64,000 nt of DNA from Octopus sinensis (lineage: Eukaryota). The stretch spans positions 102,858,001-102,922,000 of the forward strand of contig NC_042998.1 in NCBI RefSeq assembly GCF_006345805.1. Reading direction: 5' to 3'. Below the pieces are notes generated by a model, which did no database searches, was not told the origin of the DNA, and was given only the letters and a program-made list of their open reading frames with translations. Positions 1 through 13,344 of the stretch are shown in pieces. A program made the position numbers and the translations under genes. Every line of letters begins with the position of its first letter. Within the stretch, counting starts at the first letter, position 1.

Positions 1-1198
1 AATAGTTAGGAGAGCAATTCCGTATAAAAATAGTAGGGTTGGTTGCCAACTATGCTCCATGGAGACGTATGAAATTCTAAAGCATAGAAAACATAGAAAC
101 TTATTGAATAATCATATCGAACTAGGTCAAGTTTGTGTCCACGCTAAATTGAAGACTTTAAAATATTTTAAATGATTAGAATATCCGTAACTAGATAGAT
201 AGATATAACTTGATTTCTACTAGTATAGCACTGCTTTAAGTAGATAACTAAGAGTTCTCACACTACAGTTATCTTTTTCCTTATATCTGCATCAGTTTTT
301 TGAGAACAGGGAAATGAATAGTACTTATACGCTGCTTAATTGAGGCTTTATCTAATTTCAAACTCATAATCTTTTAAATTCTTAATTTTAAATCTTAATT
401 GTAATTTTTAATTTTAATTCCTAACTTAATCTAATTTAAGTAGCATAACTCTAATAAAATAAAATGAGATACTATAGCCCCATAATTCTATTTCAAAATT
501 AAATAAATAAGGCTACTCCCTCGGTGATAATATGATTATCTTCATTATGATAGACAATCCCCTAACACCTTGTAAATGATCTTCTAAGATTTGACCTGTA
601 GTCCGTCAATGTATGAATAATAACGGCAACTCCTTAAGACAATTAAATGAATAAATTAAATAAGTAAGTTTTATTGACTTTTTGATAAGATTATACTTAG
701 ATTTTCCTAATGTATTTTCTTTTGATTTTAGCATCTGACCCCTAAACCCCTGACTGTGTTATCTCTTTAGATTCTCTTTAAATTCATAGCTGATTTCAAC
801 AGCAATAAATTAGCTGTTTTACAGGCCAAAGAATAATATTCTCCTCTAGTTCCTAGATGCCTGTAAATTAAAACCAGACTTGCCGTCTACTAATTCTTCT
901 GGATAACTAGAACCCTCTTTTTTATTTTTATTTTTTCCCTTCTTTCCCTATTTCTTTCTCTTTTCTCTTTTTTCTGTTTCTTCTTATTCTCTTTTTCCTT
1001 TTCTCTTCTCTTTTAGTCCCCTTCCCCCCCTTTTTTTTTGCTCCCTCCTCCCTTATTTTCTCTCTTTTCTTCTATTCCCTTCCCTTTCTATTCTTGGCCT
1101 CTCTAGAAAGCCCTTCAGCCTTTAAAAGTTAAATAGCTACAGCCTCTTGTAAATAGCAGTAATGTGATTAATGTGGCAAATACCTAATCATATAACAA

Positions 1199-1490
1199 GA
1201 ATTGATACCTACCTCATTGTGTTCAACCATTGATAATTTATCGCCTGTGAATATGAAATTCCTCTTCATTTCTCTGGAAACTTACATCTACACCATTGGA
1301 AATTGTGCATCTATACAAAGGATTAATTCACCCTCTCTGTAATGCTAATAAGCAGGAATTGAGACCCACCTCGTTGTGATTAACAATGGATAAATTTGTC
1401 TTCTGTGAGTATGTAATCCCTCATCATATCTCTGGAAATTCATATGTGCTCTATGGATTAGGTCACCTTCTCTGTGATGCTATTAGAACT
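1199..1490. repeat. Diverged tandem duplication, two units of ~160 and ~130 bp
   Basis: AATTGATACCTACCTCATTGTG...TCTCTGGAAA...TCTCTGTAATGCTA (1199-1357) recurs as AATTGAGACCCACCTCGTTGTG...TCTCTGGAAA...TCTCTGTGATGCTA (1358-1490). Confidence 0.75.
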
Positions 1491-1867
1491 TTTTTAAAAT
1501 TCTGTGATAAGACTGTACATCATCTTTAAAGAACTTTAATGAACTTTGGAAATCTGTTTATGTTACTTAATTATCTACATTACTTCATGAGTATAGCCTC
1601 AACCACTAGGATGTCTAGAGAACTCACATGTATTTTAGCTGATGAGTACGGGACACGTTTATATGCTGTAATTTTTACAACTTTTAATAAAGCCTGTCCT
1701 TGTATGAAACGATTGTACTAAAAACCTATCCATTCTGTTGCTTCTTCTCGCTTATAATCACCCCACATTACTGTATTGTTAAAACAGTATAGTTTTTTTT
1801 TTTGGTGCATCTAAGTTAGGTACCATATTCAAGTAAATTCATTTAAATTAACTTGAATCTTTATTGC

Positions 1868-1915
<48 letters not shown>

Positions 1916-2406
1916 ATATGACAGAATTCTTTCAAAGTGAAAGTATTATCTCACATTAAAATAGAGGCGTAATACCGAAATAGTGAAAGAGATAAGAGAT
2001 TCCTCTGGGCTCGCATTAGACAAGAAGTTGGAAATTTGCTTGGCTCATGAGATTGCATGGACCTTGGTTTTTGTATTTGACGAGCGTTGCTTTAAGTATT
2101 TTATTTCGATTTTATGTATATATCTATGTATATATATATATGCATGAGCCAATGAAGGAAACGTCTACGTGGTAGGTAGACCTGGCAGAAATAGCAGCCA
2201 AATCTCCCTCAAAACTCCCTACTGTCTTTATCCGACAATTCTGCCTATTACGTAGCTTCAATGATAAACTGTAACTAGAGATTAAGATTATTAACCCCAA
2301 ACTTGGGCAGTGTTAAGTAGTGGAGTTGTTTGGTGATTGTATGTGGTGGTTACTTTTGACTGTTTCTTCCCAATAAGGATAATTGATTGAAAACGAATCT
2401 TAACAT

Positions 2407-2581
<175 letters not shown>

Positions 2582-2675
2582 ACTTCAAGTGGAATTGGAC
2601 ATTATAAGAGAGACAGATTGAGGAAAGCATAGCGACGGTTTTGACCGATTGCTAGCGAAATGGTATGTGCCGATT

Positions 2676-2904
2676 GAGCTGGCAGAAACGTTAGCATGCC
2701 GGGCGAAATGCGTAGCTGTATTTCATCTGCCGTTACGTTCTGAGTTCAAATTCCGCCGAGGTCGACTTTGCCTTTCATCCTTTCGGGGTCGATAAATTAA
2801 GTACCGGTTACGCACTGGGATCGATGTAATCGACTTAATCCGTTTGTCTGTACTTGTTTGTCCTCTCTGTGTTTAGCCCCTTGTGGGTAGTAAATAAATA
2901 GGTA
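2676..2904 (+). mobile_element. tRNA-headed SINE, family A (monomer), with probable target-site duplication
   Basis: Head GAGCTGGCAGAAACGTTAGC, B-box-like GAGTTCAAATTCC, core GGTCGACTTTGCCTTTCATCCTTTCGGGGTCGATAAATTAAGTACC, tail CCCCTTGTGGGTAGTAAA. GGTATGTGCCG occurs at 2662-2672 and 2901-2911. Many homologous copies lie elsewhere in the window. Confidence 0.88.
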
Positions 2905-2949
2905 TGTGCCGGCTGTCTAAGCCAACACGTTGCTTTTAATGGCTGAACA

Positions 2950-3133
2950 AACAGGATAAAAAGATTGCAAAAATAGCGATTCTCACTTTAAAACCAACAA
3001 TTTTGAAAACATTTTTTAGACTACGGCACGCCCCGCTCTCTCATATATCCATGTTTAAAATTTCAGCGCGATGGGATGAATAACACTTGTGTTATAAGCG
3101 CACAGACAGACAGAACGGATTTTATATAGTAGA
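2950..3133 (-). mobile_element. 5' part of a non-autonomous Helitron-like element
   Basis: The minus strand starts TCTACTATATAAAATCCGTTCTGTCTGTCTG, the same TC-(TA)-AAA-(TCTG)n design as the elements at 7818, 43325 and 63220. No clear 3' end found. Confidence 0.5.
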
Positions 3134-3195
3134 CATATATATATATATACACACACACATCCGCGCACACCTACATTCCCTCTGTCTCTTTCTCT

Positions 3196-3231
<36 letters not shown>

Positions 3232-4808
3232 TATATATATCTATATATACACAGATATAGAGAATATAGTGTTTGTTGTTTTGTTATTTTTCACTTTGGA
3301 CTGCGGGATGGAGAGGAATCTCTTGTCTCACAGAATTTAAAGAAATACCGCATTGTTACTGCTGCTCTTAGAAACGCTTTTCTAGTGAAAGAAATAATTT
3401 TCTGATTAGATGACTAAATAAAAAATTAAAACTCGGCTACAGGGCAATAGTTTTGAAATGAGCCATACAATTGAACAATGAACAGTCAATGATTCCTCAA
3501 TATCAAACCGATGGTATTATGCCATAAAAAGGGCATAGGTAGTAAGCTGGAAGAATCGTTAGAATGTCAGAGAAAAGGTTTCAGAGTATTTCTTGCTCCT
3601 TTTTAACGTTTTTAGTTCCTTCCATGGTTGCTCAATAAAGTATCAGTTGAGAATTGGGATCGCAGGTAATACCGCTACCCATAATATTGTTTGATTTGTA
3701 CCTAAATCAGAAACAACTATGGCATCACATGCATATCGAAAGGAAAATTTCCCCAACATTATTAATAGTCTGCTATGTGATCACAATGTCACAAAGGAAC
3801 TTTTTTTATGATAGCCTGAAAGCTTACAGCCTGACTACTGCAACGCCCCTCATAATGATAGGGGTTCTACTCCTTAGTGAATTTAGTGCCAAGGATCTGA
3901 TTTTTGTAAGGACGCATGATGGCAGTATTTTTAGCGTGACGAACAAAATACTGTGCGATGATTCTTCAGGATCTATATTGGAAAATGTGCCGAGATACAC
4001 TTTCTCATTTCGAGGATGATAAAATGAAATACACATCAAGGATTATTGTTGCTGATGTCCTTGTGGCAAATAAAACGAATATTTTTTTGTTGGAATACTT
4101 TTTTGAATATATTCTCTACGTTATTTTTTGAATATATTCGCTACATTATTTCCTTATAAATAATCTGTTTTTTCTTCCTTGTTTTTCTTTCCCTCTTTTG
4201 CTTTTATCTAGTTATTATGTTCTTTCTATTTTTTTATATTCTTTCCTTTATAATTTTTCTGTAGTTATACATACGGACACTACTATATACGCAGGCAAAT
4301 TTGAAACTTTTAATATATTTCGCTTCGATTGATCAAGAGAAGTTGATAACTGCGTAAGCATTGGTTACGTAAGCATTCGAAACGTGTATAGCATTAAATG
4401 CTTTCGAAATACCAATAATTGGTTTCTATAATACTTCAAACATTATGGGTTTCACGCTTCTGATAATCTACCTTTACTTGGGTAATATAATTTAGATATA
4501 AACTACATTTTCCAGGGTGACATAATTACAACGCAATACGGATATTAGAGTGAAATGACAATCTAAACATTGAGTTTGAAATATTAGCTATTTCAAACTC
4601 AATGTTTAGCTTGTATTAGCAAACTAATATATCGATGTATGTGTGAATTTAATTATATACTTCTATATTATATCGAGTTGTTCAAATTCACACCAGGCTT
4701 ACTTCGGCGAGTATAAGCACCTAGAATTAACGCTACCCAGATAAAACAAAAGTAAAAATATCACTGATATCATCATGTCTTTAAATGAGAACATATACTC
4801 TCTCTATT

Positions 4809-5030
4809 TACTCTTTTACTTGTTTCAGTCATTTGACTGTGGCCATGCTGGAGCACCGACTTTAATCGAGCAAATCGACCCCAGGACTTATTCTTTGTTA
4901 GCCTAGTACTTATTCTATCAGTATCTTTTGCCGAACCGCTAATGTTACGGGGACGTAAACACACCAGCATCGGATGTCAAGCGATGTTGGGCAAACACAG
5001 ACACACAAACATACACACACACCCATGCAC

Positions 5031-5063
<33 letters not shown>

Positions 5064-5250
5064 CACACACACTCACACACATATATATATATATATACAT
5101 ACATATATACGACGGGATTCTTTCAGTTTCCGTCTACCAAATCCACTCACAAGGCTGTGGTCGGCCCGAGGCTATAGTAGAAGAAACTTACCCAAGATGC
5201 CACACAGTGGAAGTGAACCGGGAACCAAGCTACTTAACACACGGCCTATA
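4809..5250 (-). mobile_element. tRNA-headed SINE, family B, with internal (TG/TA)n
   Basis: Homologous along its length to 12930-13343; head partly deleted; tail ends in GAGTAAAA-type repeats on the minus strand. Confidence 0.88.
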
Positions 5251-5680
5251 CACTGTGGGCAAAAATAAATGTAATAAAGCATTTAATTCCCCTTTAAACA
5301 TATCTCTATACATTGTATATTTTACATTATATTATGAATTATATGAGCTAGTGCCTGTTCTTTCTTTCAAGTCACTAATGTCTACAACCTACTAAACAAG
5401 GTAACTTGTACACAAAATGTGGGTTCAGATCCACCATATTAGCTATACTTACAAATAAATATACAAACTATGCATAACTTTATTGCAAGTGTATATTGAT
5501 TTTCCTTTATTCATTACAACGGAAATAAATGAGAAAATGTATCATTTATGTTTATGCAACACTGCAGTGTCGAATTCATAAGCTATACAAAATTTATAAC
5601 AGAGAACTACGAAAATAGAAAAAACAACAATGGGAATGAATAATATTATAACTCGACCTCCTTGAAAACTTCAAACTTGG

Positions 5681-6021
<341 letters not shown>

Positions 6022-6054
6022 CCCACAGACATATGGCGTAGTGGTTAATAATAA

Positions 6055-6096
<42 letters not shown>

Positions 6097-6097
<1 letters not shown>

Positions 6098-6574
6098 TCT
6101 TGGTATAAAAGATGGGCTACAGCAAATATTCTGCTCAATACCACAGATTTGCTTGTCAGTTGTTTGACCATAACCAGTTGAGCATGTCCCTTAGTGGCTG
6201 ACGATATGTGCATCTCTGATCGCGAGCAGAAGTAGTGGGGGAGCATCATGGCCATGTGTTGGGGGGATTCTTTGTGGTTTGAATAATTCACCTCTGGAAA
6301 CATGGGTGGTTCTTTCAACATCCTTAAACAACCCTTATTCAGAGACCTTTTGAGCGGGATGGGCTACTTAACCTGAAGAAAATTCTAACTGGGCCCCACC
6401 TGCAAGGTCATGTGCTGTTTATCTTGATATGAGATCACCATGTCGCGCAAATATGGTTGTGATGCACATATGTGCCTGGTGTACCTTTATCAGACGGGTA
6501 GTCATGATGGGTACATTGGGCTTCGTATATTTTACCCCAGTGTCACTTTGATGGCATGCACTGCTCTCTCACTC
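6097..6574 (+). mobile_element. Non-coding (TAA)n-flanked retroelement end (TAA family 3), 5'-truncated
   Basis: Homologous to 27688-28180 but ~75 bp shorter at the 5' side with the same 3' end (CTCTCTCACTC then AATAAT). Flanked by (TAA)n on both sides. Confidence 0.8.
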
Positions 6575-6645
<71 letters not shown>

Positions 6646-6662
6646 TAATAATAATAATAATA

Positions 6663-6729
<67 letters not shown>

Positions 6730-6730
6730 T

Positions 6731-6920
6731 AGCAACAACTTCGAAAGATACCTTAAGAATGAGAACCCAGGTTCGAAATTTCCCCAAGACATCTAATGAT
6801 GGCTGGAGGGTATATCAGCCGAAACGTTGTGTTAACAACAAACAACATGAGGACAAATATCCATCAAATGTAAATAATGTAAATAATGTACATAATTCCT
6901 CATCTCGTAAACGTAGAACT
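6731..6920 (+). mobile_element. Composite element, right-arm tail (inverted partner of 5681-5843)
   Basis: CGAAAGATACCTTAAGAATGAGAACCCAGGTTCGAAATTTCCCCAAGAC...GACAAATATCCATCAAATGTAAATAATG matches the reverse complement of the left arm. Confidence 0.85.
6788..6833 (+). ncRNA. Minimal type I hammerhead ribozyme, G5A core variant (probably inactive)
   Basis: GACAT-CTAATGA-T-GGCTG-gagggtatat-CAGCC-GAAACGTT-GTGTT. Stem I GACAU/GUGUU, 5-bp stem II, palindromic stem III AACGUU, triplet GUU; CUGAUGA reads CUAAUGA. Confidence 0.8.
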
Positions 6921-7270
6921 GTACAAGCTTGGCTATAAAAATGTAATTTCAGTTAATATAATTCAATGAATTTTGGGATGAGTTGAATTATAAATGTGAA
7001 GTGGGAAGGTAAAATGGCTGTTTCATGTCATTTATCTGCAAACGACGGATGAGAAGGTTGATGTTGCTTGGATCATTTTTGGATTTGAAGTTTTCTTCAG
7101 TTCAAGCATTTTCGTACTCTTCCCCGGTATCATAAGACGGCGTAAAGGTATTAGATGATACATTCTTCAAAGAAATTAGAGATGTCGGTGTCGATAGTAA
7201 GGAAGTAATAACGCCTCTATCTCTTTACTGTATTTGACCCTTAGTCCCTATCTTTTTACTGTGCATGTAT

Positions 7271-7320
<50 letters not shown>

Positions 7321-7525
7321 AAATAGAAAGATGAATAATCTTGTAGTAGATTAATCAAAAGTTTAACCGATACCTTAGTAGCACAAATCACAGCAGTAAA
7401 CAGCACGGTTGGAGGTACAACCATCTGGCGTTGCAACCGTGCGTTGGTGCGGATAATTGAAATTAAAACATTATTGGTGAATTGAAGAAATGGAGCTGAA
7501 CGCAGATTGAACAGAAATCGTTTTA

Positions 7526-7615
7526 TTTCATTCTACACGTGTTTCGAAAGGCACAAATTACCAAAATCCGATTGAATAATGGGACCATATTGTGTCTTTC
7601 TCTTCAGGAAGAAAA
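7526..7615 (-). ncRNA. Minimal hammerhead ribozyme with intact catalytic core, in a probable Penelope-like terminal-repeat relic (~7330-7760)
   Basis: Minus: TTTTCTTC-CTGAAGA-GAAAGACACA-(loop)-TGTGCCTTTC-GAAAC-AC-GT-GTA-GAATGAAA, followed by AATAAA. CUGANGA, GAAA and a GUA triplet are all present; stem II 9/10 bp; stem III is the palindrome ACACGUGU. Confidence 0.82.
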
Positions 7616-7768
7616 AAGGAAATCCGTTGGAAAAACAAAAACAGAACAGAGGCGGAGCAAAAAACAAATCGAACTGTGCTCCTAAGAGCCCATGGCGAAA
7701 CTGTTTATCAGTGTATGTTGAGAACCGGTGGCTGAAGAATTCAACGGGTCAGGCATCGGTCACCAATA

Positions 7769-7820
<52 letters not shown>

Positions 7821-8232
7821 ATATATAAAACTGAAATGCGTTTTTACCGCTTGGTTCGCTTTCAATGCCACTACATCCCGTCCGATTCGCTCCAAAATTT
7901 ACAGGGACATGTAGAATGAGGTGACGATGCGCGTGGGCTACCTTACAAATCCCTATCTCAAAAGGTGTGGTTGCTAGGGGCCATCTTCCTACCTCACCCT
8001 ATTTCCTCCAGTACTCTGTCACTCCTCTTCATTTGACAATGCAACTACCGTTATTTAATGTTAAGTCTTCCTCAAATCACTCTGTAGCTATTTACTCTCT
8101 TCCAAGAACATTTTCACTCACTCTATCTCTTACCTTCCTATACATTTTACTCATGTATCTCTCAGCGTTCATGGACAGTAACAAATATTACTCGCCATCC
8201 CCATCGCCATCGCATTCTATTGTCTACCTGTC

Positions 8233-8286
<54 letters not shown>

Positions 8287-8388
8287 CATATATCTAATAT
8301 TATATTTTTATTTTTGTTTTTGTTTTTGCTTTTTTACTCTTTCATTTCCCTATTAGTGGTTTTATCTCTAATTTAATTTCTACAGCGT

Positions 8389-8426
<38 letters not shown>

Positions 8427-8683
8427 GCACACACCTATATGTAGCCCCAGTACACCCGAATGAAATCGGGTTCTCTTCATCAAAATGTGAAAAGGGGTCT
8501 ACAATTATCATCGCCACAACTTATGTATGTTTTCCTCACTCACTCACTCTTTTTCCTAATGATAATTATCATCGCCACCACCAACACCACCAACACACAA
8601 TCTGGGCAATCTTTCTCTTATAACAAATCATGTTTACATTGCAACGACGTCTGCCACCTCCGCCGTCTCTATTTATTCTGCAA

Positions 8684-8797
8684 ATGACCAGAACTCGGGA
8701 AACTTAGTTTAGTGTTCTATGGTCTATGACCAGAACTAGGGAAACTTGGTTGAGTGTTCTATGGTCCATGACCAGAACTCGGGAAACTTGGTTGAGT
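8684..8797. repeat. 42-bp tandem minisatellite, ~2.7 units
   Basis: ATGACCAGAACT(C/A)GGGAAACTT...GTGTTCTATGGTC starts at 8684, 8726 and 8768 (period 42). Confidence 0.93.
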
Positions 8798-9487
8798 CCT
8801 CATCTTATAAAATGTGGCCCCAGTAGACCCAAATGAAATCGGGTTATATTAACCAAAAGGTGAAAAGGGGTATAAATGGGGCTGGAAGGGGATTAAAATT
8901 TAAAGGAGCGGGTGTTTAGCAATTCTCTGTTACATCAAGCTAAAAAATTTGCTCCAGCCTTTTAATCGTCAATGTGTTGCCGTCCATGATGAAGAAGTTT
9001 TGAATGCTTGCCATCGTGAGTCTACTGTCGTGAGAAAGAATCAAGTCAAAACTTGGTTTTTAGGGATTTTCTTTTACATCAAGTTCAAAATTTTACGCCA
9101 GCCGTTGAACTGTCAATACGTTGCTGTCCGTCGTTAAGAAATGCCAGCCATGGTGACTCTACTATCCTCAAATTCTATCCCTTCAAACTTTGGTTTCCAA
9201 TATTTTATTATTTTTATTCAGCTCGCAAGTTCGTCTGTCCCTTTTAAATGTTAGTGTTTTGCTGTCTGTCTTGAAGCAGACCTTTCCTTTGTAACTGCCT
9301 GATATTTATGATTGATCTTTCTAAATATTTTATTTCTCAACTTACTCAAGATCTTTTGTTGTTTATAAATGGGAGAGAGATACATAAAGATAGAGAGTAA
9401 GAGAAAGCGAGGGAGAGTCCGAGAGAAAGGAAGAGTAAGAGAGTGGGAAAGTGAGAGAGAAAGGAGAAAGAAACAAAGAGGGAGAAT

Positions 9488-9800
9488 CATCATCATCATC
9501 ATCATCGTTTAACGTCCGTTTTCCGTGCTAGCACGGGTTGGACAGTTTGACAGGGGTCTGGGAAGCCAGGAGGCTGCACCAGGCTCCAGTCTGATCTGGC
9601 AGTGTTTCGACAGGTGGATGCCCTTCCTAACGCCAACCACTCTGTGGGCGTAGTGGGTGCTTTTTTCGTGCCGCCTGCACAGGTGCCAGGGGGGCTGGCA
9701 GCGGCCACGATCGGTTGGTGCTTTTTACGTGCCACCAGCACAGAAGCCAGTCAAGGCGGCGCTGCAATCCGCCACGTTCGGATGGTGCTTTTTACGTGCT
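9488..9800 (-). mobile_element. GC-rich retroposon 3' end with (GAT)n tail (RTE-type tail or RTE-dependent SINE)
   Basis: CATCATCATCGTTTAACGTCC...GGATGCCCTTCCTAACGCCAACC resembles a known RTE-type 3' end read on the minus strand. A short stub of the same end lies at ~63576-63603. Confidence 0.7.
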
Positions 9801-9879
9801 GAAAGGAAGCAACAGAAAGTAACAACCACACTCTTACCCGCGCGTAGAGCGGGTCACCTTCAGCTAGTATATATATATA

Positions 9880-9966
<87 letters not shown>

Positions 9967-11924
9967 TTGTGACCGTGTCTTGTGGTCGCTGCAGTCTATG
10001 TTGGCTCTTTCGGACCCACCCTCAGTTACATAGATAGCCACATTTACTATGCCGACGACAGAAAGGTAGTACAAACAGTCAAGGAACGGTCTGGTGCGAA
10101 TCTTCTACAGAGCTAGTGCTCACATTCTACAACAATGATAATTTGGGCCAAGGGAGAGGCAGTTCCAGAGTAGAGTACAGTTAGTGATCCGGGAAAAGAA
10201 AAACGTTTTACTCTTTTATAATATTTTTAGTCAGATTAAATTCAAATGTTATAGAGAATAATACGAATTTGAAGAGCAAACGTAGAAATTGAAATAAAAT
10301 ATCAGATTTGGTTTAATATATTGATACGAATAAAAGTATTACAACGAACACTTCTTTACAGTAGTTTTCTTAAGCTTAAAACCTGTAATTTTAACAGTCA
10401 TCTTTCCAGAAAGATTTTATACAGTACGTGTTGTCACGTATTGTATAACAAATTGATATACTGACATGGAAATAGAATATATTAACAAGCACTTTTGGCA
10501 ACGGATAGCAAATTGTTGCATGAAATATTATTTTCTGTTACCGATACTTCCGTGCTCGAAGCTCCTAGAAAAGTAAGATTGCATGCAAAAATATTTCCTT
10601 TCGGTTACGCATAAAATAGTTGTAATGCCAAAAATCCTCTATGCAATTACTTTGAATTACAAAAAGCAGCTTTTCAGCTAAAGCATGCAATATATAAAAA
10701 ACAAAGTATGTTAATGTCTTTTTTCGGTGATTAATTAAATTCTTACTTGTCCTTCCATGTGCATCACAAGTCTCCTCAGGTGCTTTATATTCACACTCAA
10801 CATAATGGTTATTTAAAATTGAAGGAACTTTCGATTTGATAGTCTTTCAACTAACCTGCAGATATTGTTTCCTATTTTTCCACTTTGCGTGATTTAAGTA
10901 AACAGTACTTATTGACACTAGAATTTTTTAAACGAATGTAACCAGTAGGATCCGTGGATATTGATATTCCCTTGTTTTGACAATATTATCTACATTATTT
11001 CATTTTGTTTACTTTGGCAGTTTGGGGTTCTGGGAAATGTGTTTCCGGTTCTACATCCAACAGTTCTCTTTTTAGATGTACTCCAAAGTAGTTGAACTAT
11101 TGATGTGTTAATATTCAATAAGCGCTTTCAGTATAATCTTGATGAATTATTCCACCACTATTACTTCTTCTTTGTGATTTCGTAGTCTCCAATCGTACGT
11201 CATAAAGAATTGTACATCGGATGAAAACATTGCACGTTATTAAATGGTTTGCGTGAATATTTAAGCATTATTTACAACCATTATTATTGTCTTTACAAAC
11301 TAGAATGTTTCTATTTGCATCAGACTTCTAGATGAACTTTCCTTAACCTCAATAATTTCTAAATTAATCACAGATTTAATGTAATGTGTGTGATTTTCCA
11401 TTAGTGTGTAATATGCCATTCCGTATTGATGTACCAGTTATTAAAACACATACATCGTACGCGATATGATATATATATATATATATATATCATATGCGAT
11501 ATGATATAAATTATAAGTACCTGGACATTGTCATATTCTAAAACAAGCGTACATTTATATGAGTGGTGTATGAGTGCTTACAATTATTGCATTTTCGGTT
11601 TAATGTTTGTTACTGATTCAATAACACTATACTGCTGCGGTAATCTTTGCCAGCCATTTTCTACAGAGAGAGATACCTGAGGTGCTCTCAAACTGACTTC
11701 CATATCAAATCCGCCTAGTTAAGTAAGTAAGGAATATACTTCTGACGCTTTGATACATGCGCACCGACCCACGAAAAGATAGGATCATCACAGTAGGAAT
11801 GATGTTCATTATACAAGTGTCCACGAAGAGTTAACAACGGTACGTAGCATGTTTTCTTCCGAATTAAAAGGAAATTGTGAAAAGATTAGAAATTATTTAT
11901 TCAAACTGTTTTCTCATACTAATA

Positions 11925-12121
11925 ATCTTTTCTTCTCTAGGCACGAGTCCCAGAATTTAGGGGAGAGGGCTAGTTGATTACAACTGGTACTAATTTACTG
12001 ACCCCGAAAGGATGAAAGGCAAAGTCGACCTGTGCGGAATTTGAACTCAGAACATAAAGACAGGCGAAATACTGCTAAGCATTTTGCCCGGCCTGCTAAC
12101 ATTTCTGCCAGCTTGCCGCCT
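11925..12121 (-). mobile_element. SINE family A monomer (tail type 2)
   Basis: GACCCCGAAAGGATGAAAGGCAAAGTCGACC core plus head ...CTGCCAGCTTGCCGCC. Confidence 0.88.
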
Positions 12122-12929
12122 TTTTGTGATACTAATAATTCCCTTTCTTTGTTTCGTAACTTCACTTGGAAAAATAACTTTTTAGAGTATTGCAAAGAAC
12201 ATAATCGCTTAAATGCATCTAATTTCAGTTATCTACATTTTCACGGTTATTATTTCCAATTCACCTGAATCATTATACTTAATGCAGACCATATATAAAC
12301 GCATTCTGATAATATAACTTATAAGCAAAGAGAGAGTTCATTTTCGTATCAGTATTTACTCCATACATGACACCAACATAAAGTAATGTTGAACCTGAAA
12401 TGAACCACATTTGTTTATACAGGTTTCAATACATGCTACCTAATTAGTTAATTTATATATGAATAAAAATTGCAATGAACAGAGATTTACTGGAAACGTT
12501 AAAGTTAGTACTTACAATGTTGTAACTTTTCTCAGATTACAATAATGTCCTAAACTATGATCAACATTTAACGAAAGGTTATTATATTTAAATATTCCAC
12601 ATTCATAATAGTAAAATATCTATCTTGTGGATATGTAAAAGCAAATTATAATGATAGTAGTAGAGAAATGTAAGTTAGTAGGATCAAGCAGTAGGAGCAT
12701 GCAGTGTCATATACAATTCGTACAACATACATACAAAAAATACAAGTACGCAAAAACAGAGACAGACACAGACACAGGCACATACACACACACACACACA
12801 AACGTGCGTGTAAATTGGTTATTGTGCATTTTTCTTGTATGCTGGTTTATAAAAATCGGTCGAGATAATGTGGGGAAAAATATGGGTAGAAAATTGTGAT
12901 AGAATGATAATAAATATTCAAACAACCAT

Positions 12930-13343
12930 ACTCTTTTACTCTCTTTTACTCTTTTACTTGTTTCAGTCATTTGACTGCAGCCATGCTGGCGCACAGCCTT
13001 TAATCGAGCAACTCGATCCGGGACTTATTCTTTTGTAAGCCCAGTATCGGTCTCTTTTGCCGAACCGCTAAGTAACGGGGACATAAACACACCAGCATCG
13101 GTTGTTAAGCAATGATAGGGGGACAAACACAGACACACAAACACACACGCATATATATATATATATATACATATATACGACGGGCTTCTTTCAGTTTCCA
13201 TCTACCAAATCCACTCACAAGGCTTTGGTCGGCCCGAGGCTATAGTAGAAGACACTTGCCCAAGGTGCCACACAGTGGGACTGAACCCGGAACCATGTGG
13301 TTGGTAAGCAAGCTACTTACCACACAGCCACTCCTGCGCCTAT
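12930..13343 (-). mobile_element. SINE family B, near full length
   Basis: Minus: ATAGGCGCAGGAGTGGCTGTGTGGTAAG (A-box-like TGGCTGTGTGG), GGTTCAGTCC (B-box-like), CCTTGGGCAAGTG (CORE-like), internal (TA/TG)n and a (GAGTAAAA)n tail. Confidence 0.92.
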
Positions 13344-13344
13344 T

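Larger units (their letters stand above)
7818..9867 (+). mobile_element. Non-autonomous Helitron-type element with internal minisatellites and a nested insertion
   Basis: 5' A|TCTATATATAAAACTGAAATG at 7818; 3' hairpin ACCCGC-gcgtaga-GCGGGT then CTAG|T at 9864-9868. That these two ends belong to one element is inferred. Confidence 0.65.

Noticed and set aside
1-90. APE-endonuclease-like peptide (GEQFRIKIVGLVANYAP), and RGVAVV at ~3840 on the minus strand
   Set aside because: Single short motifs without the downstream GDFN or SDH motifs; compatible with chance.
4340-4400. Hammerhead-like TTGATAA...CGAAACGTGTA
   Set aside because: Two core mismatches and no stem I pairing.
8684-8797. 42-bp periodic repeat as a CRISPR array
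   Set aside because: Units abut with no unique spacers, there are no cas genes, and the context is eukaryotic.
10747-10855. Possible minus-strand host exon (CAG| ... |GTAAGA)
   Set aside because: All three frames contain stops, the acceptor lacks a polypyrimidine tract, and no partner exons were found.
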